From a virus, in IMG/VR virus record IMGVR_UViG_3300027734_000039: a stretch of DNA of 64,000 bases, one strand, 5' to 3'. Every line of letters starts with the position of its first letter. The first letter of the stretch is position 1. This document shows positions 55,200-64,000 of the stretch, piece by piece. The translations under genes and the position numbers were made by a program. The notes under the pieces were generated by a model that made no database searches, was not told the DNA's origin, and saw only the letters and a list, made by a program, of their open reading frames with translations.

Positions 55200-56122
55200 T
55201 ATCCAAAAACCGTATCAAGAGAACCTGTTGTTGCGTTATATATTTGATAAACAACACTACTAGTTGTGTTAGCAAAACCAACACGACCGCCAACATATAA
55301 ATTATTTGCTACACCAAGACCACCAGCAGTTGTAATTGCACCAGAAGTAGCATTAGCGGAAGCTGTTACATTGGTAAATGCATATGACGAAGCAAGGTTA
55401 ACACCACCACCGGAAACAGTTGACCAATACACATTACCAGAAGCACCAGAGGTTAATACTTGACCTGCAGTACCAACACTAGCATTAGCTGTGATGGTAG
55501 TAGATATTACTACGTTACCAGAGAACGTAATAGTATTTGTAAACGATTGAGTATTAGACCACGTATACTGTGCAGCAGTATTAACACCTGCAGCAGCTGC
55601 AGCCCAATATGGCGAACCTGTTGTGCCATTCGAGGTTAACACTTGTCCAGAAGTTCCCGAACCGCCATTAGAAATAAGCGGCGTAGTTAATACAATATTA
55701 GCATTATGAGTATAAACACCAGATATAGTAAATGAACCAGTGCTATTAACAACGTTAACGCCTAATTGAGCATAAGGCAAAGTGCCAGTAGTAATATTAG
55801 TAGCGTTCGTATAATATGCTGGTAATTGTCCACCAAGGTTGTTAGCATTATTAGCTGTACCATTAATTACTTGAGAAAATGTAATAGTATTAGAAAATGT
55901 TTGGGTATTTGACCAAGTATATTGCGCAGCTGTGTTAGTACCAACAATAGTAGACCAGTAAACAGCAGATCCATTAGTTGTTAATGCTTGCCCAGATGTA
56001 CCAAGAGTACCGTTAGCCGAAACTGTTGTAACTGCAAGCGTATTTGCAATCGACACAGTACCTGATGCTGTGTTAACGGTTACATACTGTCCAAATAAAC
56101 TTAACTGTTGATTCTGTGCCAT
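55199..56122 (-). CDS. Tail fibre-like protein
   Basis: GTSGQVLTSNG..YW and NTAAQYTWSNTQ repeats. Confidence 0.75.
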   Translation of the reverse strand: MAQNQQLSLFGQYVTVNTASGTVSIANTLAVTTVSANGTLGTSGQALTTNGSAVYWSTIVGTNTAAQYTWSNTQTFSNTITFSQVINGTANNANNLGGQLPAYYTNATNITTGTLPYAQLGVNVVNSTGSFTISGVYTHNANIVLTTPLISNGGSGTSGQVLTSNGTTGSPYWAAAAAGVNTAAQYTWSNTQSFTNTITFSGNVVISTTITANASVGTAGQVLTSGASGNVYWSTVSGGGVNLASSYAFTNVTASANATSGAITTAGGLGVANNLYVGGRVGFANTTSSVVYQIYNATTGSLDTVFG

Positions 56123-56141
56123 TGGTTGCCTTTTTAACTAT

Positions 56142-56315
56142 TTATTCGTTTGGCGTATCGGCAGGTAACGGTTCGTTGCCTTCAGCAAGCCAGCGCACAT
56201 ACTCTTCAGCAGTCACAAGGCACGACTCTTGATGACCATCAGGCCACTCGCGCCAAACGACTTGAATAGATTGCATAGGTCGAATAGGTAAAAGTTTCCA
56301 AATTGGTTCGCTCAT
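56142..56315 (-). CDS. 57-aa tail fibre assembly-like protein (not in ORF track)
   Basis: ...EYVRWLAEGNEPLPAD; ATGA overlap with upstream gene. Confidence 0.7.
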   Translation of the reverse strand: MSEPIWKLLPIRPMQSIQVVWREWPDGHQESCLVTAEEYVRWLAEGNEPLPADTPNE

Positions 56316-57418
56316 AATTCACACCCTGTAAAATACATTAATGCGCCGGAATTGCTCATATAAATCATAGTTGCATTACCAGCAACTAGTCCGCTCATAC
56401 CACTAAGTAAAATAAACGCAGCTGAATCATTCGAACCACCAAAAGTAACACCTGTTGAATTGCTAGTTGCTGTAGAAGCTAAAAAACCAGCAAAATGAGA
56501 AGCACTACTTACAAAAATGCCAGTAGCTGGAATACGCGGGCGAACCATATATGGTATAACATAATAAGCGGAAGTGGTTGAACCAGCCATTCCGGAACCA
56601 ATATATGGGTTTGCTCCACCAGCGTAGGAAAATGATGGAAGATATCTCTGACACTTTGCCAGCGTATTGGAATAAATCTCCCGCTCAAACGGCGTTGCCA
56701 CAGAGCCAACTTCAAGCTGGACGCCTGTAAGATACCAAGTAGCACCATTGTTAGCAACAATATTTTGCGAACCCGATACACTTAATGCGCCGCCAGCACC
56801 CCATACGTTTGCCGTAGAATTAAAATTTGAACCAGATCCAAGACTAAACCAAAAACCAAAACCACGACCATTTGTTGTTCCAAATGTTCCAGTTGTTGGT
56901 CCTGGAATCGTAATTGTTTTCTTTTCCCAAGTATTTGCCGCGTTGATTGTATAGGTGGCTGGATATGCCGCATCATCACTACCAGAACGAACTGCAACAA
57001 CAAATGTTCCTGTCAAACTGGAACGTATCCAAAACGATAATGTTGCACTTAATGCACTAGATGTTCCCCACATTAAATCGGCAGCATTAAATCCTTCCAC
57101 ATATTGAACCATATAGAAGTAATCACTCGCACCAATAGTATAAGCAGACAAAGAAGTCACAAGAAGACTATTGGAAAAACCCTGACCAGATGGAACAGTG
57201 CTAGATTGTTGCACTGAATACTTAGATGACTGAGCATTGGTTGCAACCCAACGATCAAGAGTATATGTTGAACCAATAGTGGTTGGCGTAACACTTGCCC
57301 CCGCATTACGCTGGTCAATGACCATCGCGCCGTTGATGATGCGATTGCGCATGAATCCGCCAGTGTTAACACCACCAGCACCACCAGCAAGGACAGCAAG
57401 ATCGTTAGTAATTGTCAT
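56312..57418 (-). CDS. Tail fibre protein with carbohydrate-binding-like domain
   Basis: RNRIINGAMVIDQR, GVQLEVGSVATPFE, CQRY. Confidence 0.8.
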   Translation of the reverse strand: MTITNDLAVLAGGAGGVNTGGFMRNRIINGAMVIDQRNAGASVTPTTIGSTYTLDRWVATNAQSSKYSVQQSSTVPSGQGFSNSLLVTSLSAYTIGASDYFYMVQYVEGFNAADLMWGTSSALSATLSFWIRSSLTGTFVVAVRSGSDDAAYPATYTINAANTWEKKTITIPGPTTGTFGTTNGRGFGFWFSLGSGSNFNSTANVWGAGGALSVSGSQNIVANNGATWYLTGVQLEVGSVATPFEREIYSNTLAKCQRYLPSFSYAGGANPYIGSGMAGSTTSAYYVIPYMVRPRIPATGIFVSSASHFAGFLASTATSNSTGVTFGGSNDSAAFILLSGMSGLVAGNATMIYMSNSGALMYFTGCEL

Positions 57419-57448
57419 TTATTGTTTCCCCTCTGTCTACCAGTTATT

Positions 57449-57730
57449 TTAATCAAGAATGCTTATATTTTTTACAATATTGAGAAACCTAGAGTTTGGC
57501 TCTAAGGCTACAAACTCATGAGCTTGACCAGGCTTCCAATCAAGGAAATTCCCAGCCTTTGCTATAATCTCCCATCCAGCACCATGAACGCGAATACAAC
57601 CTTCAAGAACGAAGGAAACATGAGCGGATGCTTCATCGTGGTTGTGCATGGGAAGCTTATCCCCGACATCCTCAAGCGTGTACAAAGCACCTTTTAGACC
57701 ACCAAATGTTTTTGGTTCTGCTTGTAGCAT
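57449..57730 (-). CDS. Small cupin protein
   Basis: LPMHNH...H, HEFVALE. Confidence 0.75.
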   Translation of the reverse strand: MLQAEPKTFGGLKGALYTLEDVGDKLPMHNHDEASAHVSFVLEGCIRVHGAGWEIIAKAGNFLDWKPGQAHEFVALEPNSRFLNIVKNISILD

Positions 57731-58068
57731 CAGATCACCACCGGAGGTTCGCCAACGACAGGCTCAACTTTTACCCAGCGATAGGTCGTTGTATCCAAAT
57801 ACCAGCCGCGACCAGGATACGGTGGAATAAAAGCACCACTTGGTGCTGCTGACGCATCAAACGTATAATCAATTCCGGCATAGTTATACCGGAAGTTGGC
57901 GTTATAGCTTGTCTGCGCCCAGATCGTGTCAATGCCAAAAATGCTTTGCAGATATGCAATTCCGACAGGTTCGCTATCTGGAAACGGCAAATTTCCAATA
58001 GAACTATTGTCCACGACAAGCACTTGTTTCACGACGTTGTTCTGATCAAGTTCAGCAAAATTTGCCAT
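57730..58068 (-). CDS. Tail-associated protein
   Basis: MANFAELD.NN.V, WAQTSYN..FRYNYAG. Confidence 0.75.
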   Translation of the reverse strand: MANFAELDQNNVVKQVLVVDNSSIGNLPFPDSEPVGIAYLQSIFGIDTIWAQTSYNANFRYNYAGIDYTFDASAAPSGAFIPPYPGRGWYLDTTTYRWVKVEPVVGEPPVVI

Positions 58069-58076
58069 GTTTCACC

Positions 58077-58941
58077 TTATTGATACAGATAGCGGATGAT
58101 GACAACACCGGAACCGCCGTTACCACCGACAGAGCCACAGCAGCCAAAGTCTTGCCCACCGCCGCCGCCGCCAGAGCCTGTATTGGGAGACCCAGAACCA
58201 CCGCTAGGTGATCCTGCGTTTCCACCCGCACCAGCTCCGCCCCCGCCGCCTGACCCACCAAAGTTTGCTCCACCGCCGCCTCCGCCGCCAGCATATGCAA
58301 CGGATGACCCGCTAATAGAGTTTGATGTAGAGGAGCCGCCATTGGCTCCACCCTTTATCGTTACACCAGATGCCGTAATAGATGCGCCTACAGAACCGCT
58401 ACCGCCGCCGCCAGCAGCGCCGTTGACATTGTCTGTTCTTCCGTTGCCGCCATTATTGCCTTGCCCTGATGTTCCAGCGCCCCCAGTAGTAGTTCCGGCT
58501 CGTGGATTACCGCCACCACCTGACCCGCCAGATTGAGCAGCAACAGCGTTCCAATTGTCGCAACCAGCACCGCCGCCTGTTGATGTAGTAGAAATAGCTG
58601 AAGAGTTAGAACCATTACTGTTTTGTGATCCACCACTACCAACTGTGACAGTATAGCCCTGAACAGAAACTGATTGTCCTGTCGTGTACTGATAACCACC
58701 AGCGCCACCCCCGCCAGCGGGCAGGGCGGCACCGCCGCCGCCTTGCCCACCACCACCGCCGCCAGCGATGACAAGATAATCAACAGCCTGACCAACAGGA
58801 GCATTGGTTACTGTAAACGTGCCTGTGCCAGTAAACGTATGGATTTTGTAATTACCGCTAGTCGTGATTGTGCCACCCGTTGCTTGGATAAACGGACTAG
58901 CAGCCGCAGCCGCGCCAAGCAGCATTGAATAAGCAGTCATT
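58077..58941 (-). CDS. Gly-rich virion protein
   Basis: Probable start MTAYSM; ATGGTIT..GNYKIHTFT, GGSGVVIIRY. Confidence 0.75.
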
Positions 58942-61468
58942 AGGTTAGTCCCCCGCCTGTGATGACGTAAGTATTGGAACCAACGCAAAGAATTGTGCAG
59001 AGGCCATACTGAGCTAATGTACGGTTGCCAGTATTAGCTGTGCCAACCTGACGAAGCGTGACAGAGCTGCCTTGCGTGATCGTTTGATTGGAGCCGCTAT
59101 CGTTGTAGATTGAAACAGACTGGCCAGCCGTCAAAGCAGTTGATGTCGCAACTGTAACTCCACCCGTTGTAATGCTGATGTATTTACCAGCATCGCCTGA
59201 GGTCAACGTGTAAGCGCCTCCTTGGCTGTTTAGCGGAACAGTGCGAACATTGCCAAGTGCATCACTTACACTGCCATAAGTAGTACTAATATCAAAATTA
59301 GCAGTTAACGTCCCAGAAACTGTTAAAGTATTTGACGTTAAAGTCACGGCGGTTTGATAACCGTAAACGTCAATAATATAGTTATTAGCTGGAGTTACAG
59401 TAAAGTTAACATTGCTACCAGAAGTAATAATTACGTCAGTTCCAGGTATCTGCTTAACACCGTTTAAGAATACTTGAACAGCATTAGCAATATAACCACC
59501 AGTAATAGCGAAACTATTAGCAGTACCGTTTGCAGTAATTTGCTGAGATACAAGCGTATTAACACCATTGGCCATTAACCCAGAAAGCGCATACGTATCA
59601 ATAACAGCATTAGTTGGTGGCGTTGTGACGAACTGGAATGTAGAACCGTTCAATCCTGTAATTTCAGTATTGGTAGCAAGCACACCATTCATAAACACAA
59701 GCAATGCATTTGACTGATAACCAGCGGTAAACGTAAAGGTGTTTTGTGTTCCATCAGCAGTAAATGTCTGACGCGACATTAAACCACTAGTTGTTCCACC
59801 ACCAGCAGCAGTAGACCAATAAACAGACGAGCCATTAGAAGTTAATACCTGACCCGATGTACCGTTTGAACTATTGGCAGTCATTGCGCCAGTAATTACA
59901 AAATTATTTACTGATATTGACTGACCATTAGTAAACCCACCGCTAGCGCCAGTAGTCCAATATACCGAAGTACCATTAGAAGCCAAATATTGGCCAGCAG
60001 TACCAAAACCGCCATTAGCAGAAACGCCAGCTGTTGTGCCGATTACTAAATTACCGCTATGGGTGTGAACCCCAGATATTGTATATGAGCCAGAAGTATT
60101 AACATAAGAAGCAGCTGCAACACCACCTAGATATGATGTATTGTTAGCGGTTAATGCGTTATTTACATTAAGATTAGATTCTGTTTTACCATTGAGGTAA
60201 GTTGCAGCATTAGCAGTTAATGTAGCAACGTTTGACGAGAGCCCAGCAGTCGTTTGATAGTTTGCTAAATTGTTCGTTAGGTTTGTAGCCGTTACGTAGT
60301 TAGAAAGATTACCTGATAGCTGTGCATTAGATACAACGTTAGCAGCGGATACTGTTCCTACAAAAGAAGTATTGTTAGCTGTCAATGTAGCTACGTTTGC
60401 AGACAATCCAGCAGTAGTTTGATAGTTGGCTAGATTGTTTGTTAAATTAGTTGCTGTAACATAATTTGCTAGGTTACCAGATAGTTGAGCATTAGAAACA
60501 ACATTAGCAGCTGATACAGAACCAACAAAACTAGTGTTATTTGAAGTCAGTGCATTGTTAACGTTGAGATTAGATTCTGTTTTACCATTGAGATAAGTTG
60601 CAGCGTTTGCAGTGAGGGTAGCAACGTTTGCTGATAAGCCAGCGCTAGTTTGGTAATTAGCTAAATTGTTCGTTAGGTTTGTAGCCGTTACGTAGTTAGA
60701 AAGATTACCTGATAGCTGTGCATTAGATACAACGTTAGCAGCGGATACTGTTCCTACAAAATTAGTATTGTTTGATGTAAGAGCTTGACCAGAAAAATAT
60801 GTTGAATTTGCTACTAAAGAACCGTTAATTGAAATAGCGCTACTATTAGCAACAACATTTTGAGATGTGTTACCAATTGTTACAAAAGTGTTTACTGTAA
60901 TTTTACCAGTAAATGCTGGGTCAGATATTGTAGCATAATTAGCTAAGTTATTAGAAAGATTAAACGATGTTACGTAATTAACGAGATTACCAGATAGTTG
61001 CGCATTAGATACAACGTTAGCAGCTGATACTGAACCAACGAATGATGTATTATTAGCAGTATCTGACCAATACGGAGTTGAACCATTTGAAACTAATACT
61101 TGACCAGTATTACCTGGTAGCCCATTTGCATTTAATTCACCATTTAATATAAGACCATTATTAGCAGTAACAATTCCGGAAAAAGTTGCTTCATACGCAT
61201 CGATATATGTGTTTGATCCGCCATAAGAAGTAACACTGAATGCTGTAGAATTTATATTAACATTTGTATTTAAATTACCAACGCTAATTGCTGGTGTTAT
61301 AATAACATCTGGTGCTATTGTAGTTAAAACTTGTGTATTTCCAACAGTAATGCTACTAGTATTAGCAAACAATGCGTTTGCGTTTGAATCCACTGCACCA
61401 TCAAGCTCTTGAAGAGTTTGTATAGTCAAATATTCGGATGTTAAAAATGATACTTGATTTGTAGTCAT
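58940..61468 (-). CDS. Long tail fibre protein with internal repeats
   Basis: Repeated NNTSFVG.VSAANVVSNAQLSGNL and VF.NGV modules. Confidence 0.8.
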   Translation of the reverse strand: MTTNQVSFLTSEYLTIQTLQELDGAVDSNANALFANTSSITVGNTQVLTTIAPDVIITPAISVGNLNTNVNINSTAFSVTSYGGSNTYIDAYEATFSGIVTANNGLILNGELNANGLPGNTGQVLVSNGSTPYWSDTANNTSFVGSVSAANVVSNAQLSGNLVNYVTSFNLSNNLANYATISDPAFTGKITVNTFVTIGNTSQNVVANSSAISINGSLVANSTYFSGQALTSNNTNFVGTVSAANVVSNAQLSGNLSNYVTATNLTNNLANYQTSAGLSANVATLTANAATYLNGKTESNLNVNNALTSNNTSFVGSVSAANVVSNAQLSGNLANYVTATNLTNNLANYQTTAGLSANVATLTANNTSFVGTVSAANVVSNAQLSGNLSNYVTATNLTNNLANYQTTAGLSSNVATLTANAATYLNGKTESNLNVNNALTANNTSYLGGVAAASYVNTSGSYTISGVHTHSGNLVIGTTAGVSANGGFGTAGQYLASNGTSVYWTTGASGGFTNGQSISVNNFVITGAMTANSSNGTSGQVLTSNGSSVYWSTAAGGGTTSGLMSRQTFTADGTQNTFTFTAGYQSNALLVFMNGVLATNTEITGLNGSTFQFVTTPPTNAVIDTYALSGLMANGVNTLVSQQITANGTANSFAITGGYIANAVQVFLNGVKQIPGTDVIITSGSNVNFTVTPANNYIIDVYGYQTAVTLTSNTLTVSGTLTANFDISTTYGSVSDALGNVRTVPLNSQGGAYTLTSGDAGKYISITTGGVTVATSTALTAGQSVSIYNDSGSNQTITQGSSVTLRQVGTANTGNRTLAQYGLCTILCVGSNTYVITGGGLT
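60140..61055. repeat. Intragenic coding repeats
   Basis: Five SAANVVSNAQLSGNL units; identical 102-nt copies at 60264-60365 and 60660-60761. Confidence 0.85.
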
Positions 61469-62877
61469 TATACTTTAACCGTTCTTGGGCCAGTTTGATC
61501 GAATATTGTACCAATGCTTGTATTACCAACATAAATTAAAGTATCCGTAACTCTAATTAAAGTATTACCATTATTAATAGATATACCAACTGGGTTATTA
61601 ATTGTAAACCCACCAGTTATTGAAGTATTTGTTGGCAATAATTGTCCAATATGAGAATCAAATATTCCTCCATTAAAGGGTCCTTCATTAGAAGATCGTT
61701 TAATAGTTCCTGCACTAAATGTGCCTGATCTAGCGTTTACAGCACTGGTGTTTAATTTTTTAAATCCAAGGATAGTTGTAAACGATGTACTTGGTACTAC
61801 AGAAGCTATTAAAAATTTCCCATTTATTGTAAATGTTTGCGTACCACAAATAAACGAGTTTGGAGTTAACCCAGTTATATCAACAGTATCACCAACTGAT
61901 AATGTATGACCAGGATAAGTAAACGTCATTGAAATACTACCTTGGAAATAAAATTCGATACCAGGTATCGAATAACTTTTGTTAAACATATTTAAAGTTA
62001 AATCCGATGGTCCATTAGTGTAAGAAAACGCTGTTGAATTAATCACATTTGCGGTTGAACCAGTAGTAGAAAAAGGAATTATTGTAGTGCCTTTAGTAGG
62101 AGTAAATTTAGGAATAAAAATTTGCGTTCCGTTTGCAAATTCATGTGATCCAGTAGTAACAACTGTTGCAACACCATTTGCTCTTTGAATTGTCTTAATA
62201 TTACGATCTCCTGTAGATGCTTTATAATTACCAATCGGGATAGTAAAAGATACAGTATTTGCAGTTGGTATATCTAAAATATTAAACCCACTCTTATAAC
62301 TAACACTATAATTTTCTGTATTAAGAGTGTTAAGCGAACTATTAATAATAATTTTAGAATTTAAAATTTTCGTAAGCCCATGCGCAGTCGTTGTTTGTAT
62401 TGTAGCTTTACCAGTTGAATCTATATTTGCACTATAAATTGTAAATGTCGAAGTTCCACCTGTTGTATCAATAAGGGTATTAACAGTAGAATTACCAACA
62501 AATATGATTCTTGGCGAAAGGCTAGAATTACTAATTGTATTTGAAACAGAGATATATGTCGTATTAACAACAGTATTTACTGCACTGTTACCAGCAAACA
62601 AAGATGTTGAATTAATAGAAGCATTTACTGTAGAGTTACCAACGGAAATACCATTGGCAATAGTAACGCTATTTGCTGCAAGCGTTTCTGCTGAAAGGTT
62701 TTTTTGAGACGCACCAACAATAATTGAGCTCGTACCATTTGACGTGTAAAGAAGTCCATCTGCCATATTAAGGGCAAACTCACCTGGGGCGATATACGAG
62801 GTGTTTGATGGATTCGAAACGTTAGGTGTACGTCCAGAAACGGAAGAACGCTTCACCTGAATTCTAGTATTGGCCAT
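61468..62877 (-). CDS. Tail fibre/virion structural protein
   Basis: IQVKRSSVSG.TP...GEFALNMADG.LY N-terminal module. Confidence 0.75.
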   Translation of the reverse strand: MANTRIQVKRSSVSGRTPNVSNPSNTSYIAPGEFALNMADGLLYTSNGTSSIIVGASQKNLSAETLAANSVTIANGISVGNSTVNASINSTSLFAGNSAVNTVVNTTYISVSNTISNSSLSPRIIFVGNSTVNTLIDTTGGTSTFTIYSANIDSTGKATIQTTTAHGLTKILNSKIIINSSLNTLNTENYSVSYKSGFNILDIPTANTVSFTIPIGNYKASTGDRNIKTIQRANGVATVVTTGSHEFANGTQIFIPKFTPTKGTTIIPFSTTGSTANVINSTAFSYTNGPSDLTLNMFNKSYSIPGIEFYFQGSISMTFTYPGHTLSVGDTVDITGLTPNSFICGTQTFTINGKFLIASVVPSTSFTTILGFKKLNTSAVNARSGTFSAGTIKRSSNEGPFNGGIFDSHIGQLLPTNTSITGGFTINNPVGISINNGNTLIRVTDTLIYVGNTSIGTIFDQTGPRTVKV

Positions 62878-62909
62878 ATGGCTCCTTTACAGCTCAGTAT
62901 ATACTGAGA

Positions 62910-63389
62910 TTAAAAAATATCTTCTTCGGTCATTTTAGCCTCATTTGGGCGTTTAACAACCTTTTTCTTATTTATAGTTTTTAAAGATTCGTTTTCATCG
63001 TTTATTATTTTCATTTCAGCGTTTTGGCGCTCAATTTCTCGTTCTAAATCTTTAATACGAGAATTAGCATTATTTAATTCGTTTTGAACTTTTGTTTTTT
63101 CATTAAAAACATTATGGTGTTCAGAAGTTTTTCTATTCGAATCTTCTATAGCTCTATCGAGTTGACTACTCAACGATTTATTTTCAATACTAAGTTTTTC
63201 TAAACTACTCAAAACTTCGTTCTTTAAGTTTTCAGAAGCTTCTAATTGACTTGTAATCAATTCAAGTCGATCGGAAGTTATTTTATTTCTAACTTCCAGA
63301 TCGATCGTTTTCCTAACATACTCGATGAATAAAAACTCTTGACGTTGTGCAAATAATAGGTTATAATTAGACTGTTCGTTTGAATCCAT
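62910..63389 (-). CDS. Coiled-coil hypothetical protein
   Basis: Heptad-rich 159 aa. Confidence 0.65.
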   Translation of the reverse strand: MDSNEQSNYNLLFAQRQEFLFIEYVRKTIDLEVRNKITSDRLELITSQLEASENLKNEVLSSLEKLSIENKSLSSQLDRAIEDSNRKTSEHHNVFNEKTKVQNELNNANSRIKDLEREIERQNAEMKIINDENESLKTINKKKVVKRPNEAKMTEEDIF

Positions 63390-63407
63390 AATATAGTAAC
63401 CTTATCG

Positions 63408-64000
63408 TTAGAACGTACCGCCATCCAATGCATCATACACCAATGCAGTGCCGTTAGATTGTAGGACGTAACCAGTGGTTCCTAGAGTTAATTCATTATA
63501 ACCATTTGTCGAATTCCCAACAAGAATAGCATTATTAGTTACAGTAGCTTTACCAGTACCGCCAGAAGTTCCTGGTAGTGCAGTCGACAGCGATAATGTG
63601 TTAGCTACGAAATTAACACCAACTGAGCTATTTGCAGTAATTTGAACATTAGAGCTATTAGCAACGAACCCTTTACCGCTATTAAGATATGCTTTTAATG
63701 TGCCTTGATTAGTAAAATCAACAGTTGTTGTTGGTTCAGTCGTGGTTGTGAAGAGCTTGAATAAGCCATCAGCATGGTCACGAGCAAGACCAGCAAAGTT
63801 TGTTGTGCCGTATGTTGCATAGAAACCAGAGTCAAGAGTATCTGCAGAGTTATTAGCGGCAACAGCAATCATGTTGTCCTTAACAACTAGATTGTTTGTA
63901 TTAACAGTGCTTAGTGTACCATTAATTGTCAAATTACCAGAAATAACAGCATCAGCAACTTTAAGCGTTGCAGATGTTGCATCGATATTAGCACCAGTAA
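63408..64000 (-). CDS. Tail fibre protein C-terminus, truncated by the window edge
   Basis: Frame open to window end; ends LDGGTF. Confidence 0.7.
   Translation of the reverse strand, partial: TGANIDATSATLKVADAVISGNLTINGTLSTVNTNNLVVKDNMIAVAANNSADTLDSGFYATYGTTNFAGLARDHADGLFKLFTTTTEPTTTVDFTNQGTLKAYLNSGKGFVANSSNVQITANSSVGVNFVANTLSLSTALPGTSGGTGKATVTNNAILVGNSTNGYNELTLGTTGYVLQSNGTALVYDALDGGTF

Noticed and set aside
54382-58536. Pro-rich plus-strand ORFs and other shadow ORFs
   Set aside because: They are antisense mirrors of Gly-rich minus-strand genes.
49492-64000. Diversity-generating retroelement, invertible segment or CRISPR array
   Set aside because: No reverse transcriptase, invertase, adenine-variant repeat pair or spacer-repeat array seen; repeats are in-frame coding units.

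Overview
The window is 64 kb of a large, AT-rich T4-like myophage genome with cyanophage/pelagiphage/phiM12-type gene order. The host is probably an alphaproteobacterium: the tRNA-His is of the alphaproteobacterial type and the small porin is Rhizobiales-like. From right to left, mostly on the minus strand: a tail-fibre/adhesin region; five 2OG-Fe(II)/JmjC oxygenases; the virion core gp13-gp23 and gp3; uvsY, uvsW, gp55 (split by a 1-nt frameshift), gp47 and gp46; a catalytically degenerate peptide deformylase; a putative DNA hypermodification cluster (TET/JBP dioxygenase, SAM-dependent transferase, aGPT-Pplase/amino-acid:DNA transferase, P-loop kinase, DUF3310-like protein, GT-A protein); gp45, gp44, gp62 and regA. 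Next comes an RNA-rich block with 17 tRNAs, a well-formed hammerhead ribozyme, an anticodon-less tRNA-like element and three other structured RNA candidates. It is followed by a tightly coupled envelope operon (csgF, csgG, curlin-like, FecR, curlin-like, CHASE2 adenylate cyclase, PlcP-like phosphoesterase, basic peptide, Agt-like glycosyltransferase), an autotransporter-like gene, and phoH/exonuclease. The strongest candidates for new biology are the curli-FecR-cyclase-lipid-remodelling operon, the apparently switchable hammerhead at the head of the tRNA array, and the TET-initiated DNA modification pathway. All calls come from reading motifs by eye; no database searches were run.
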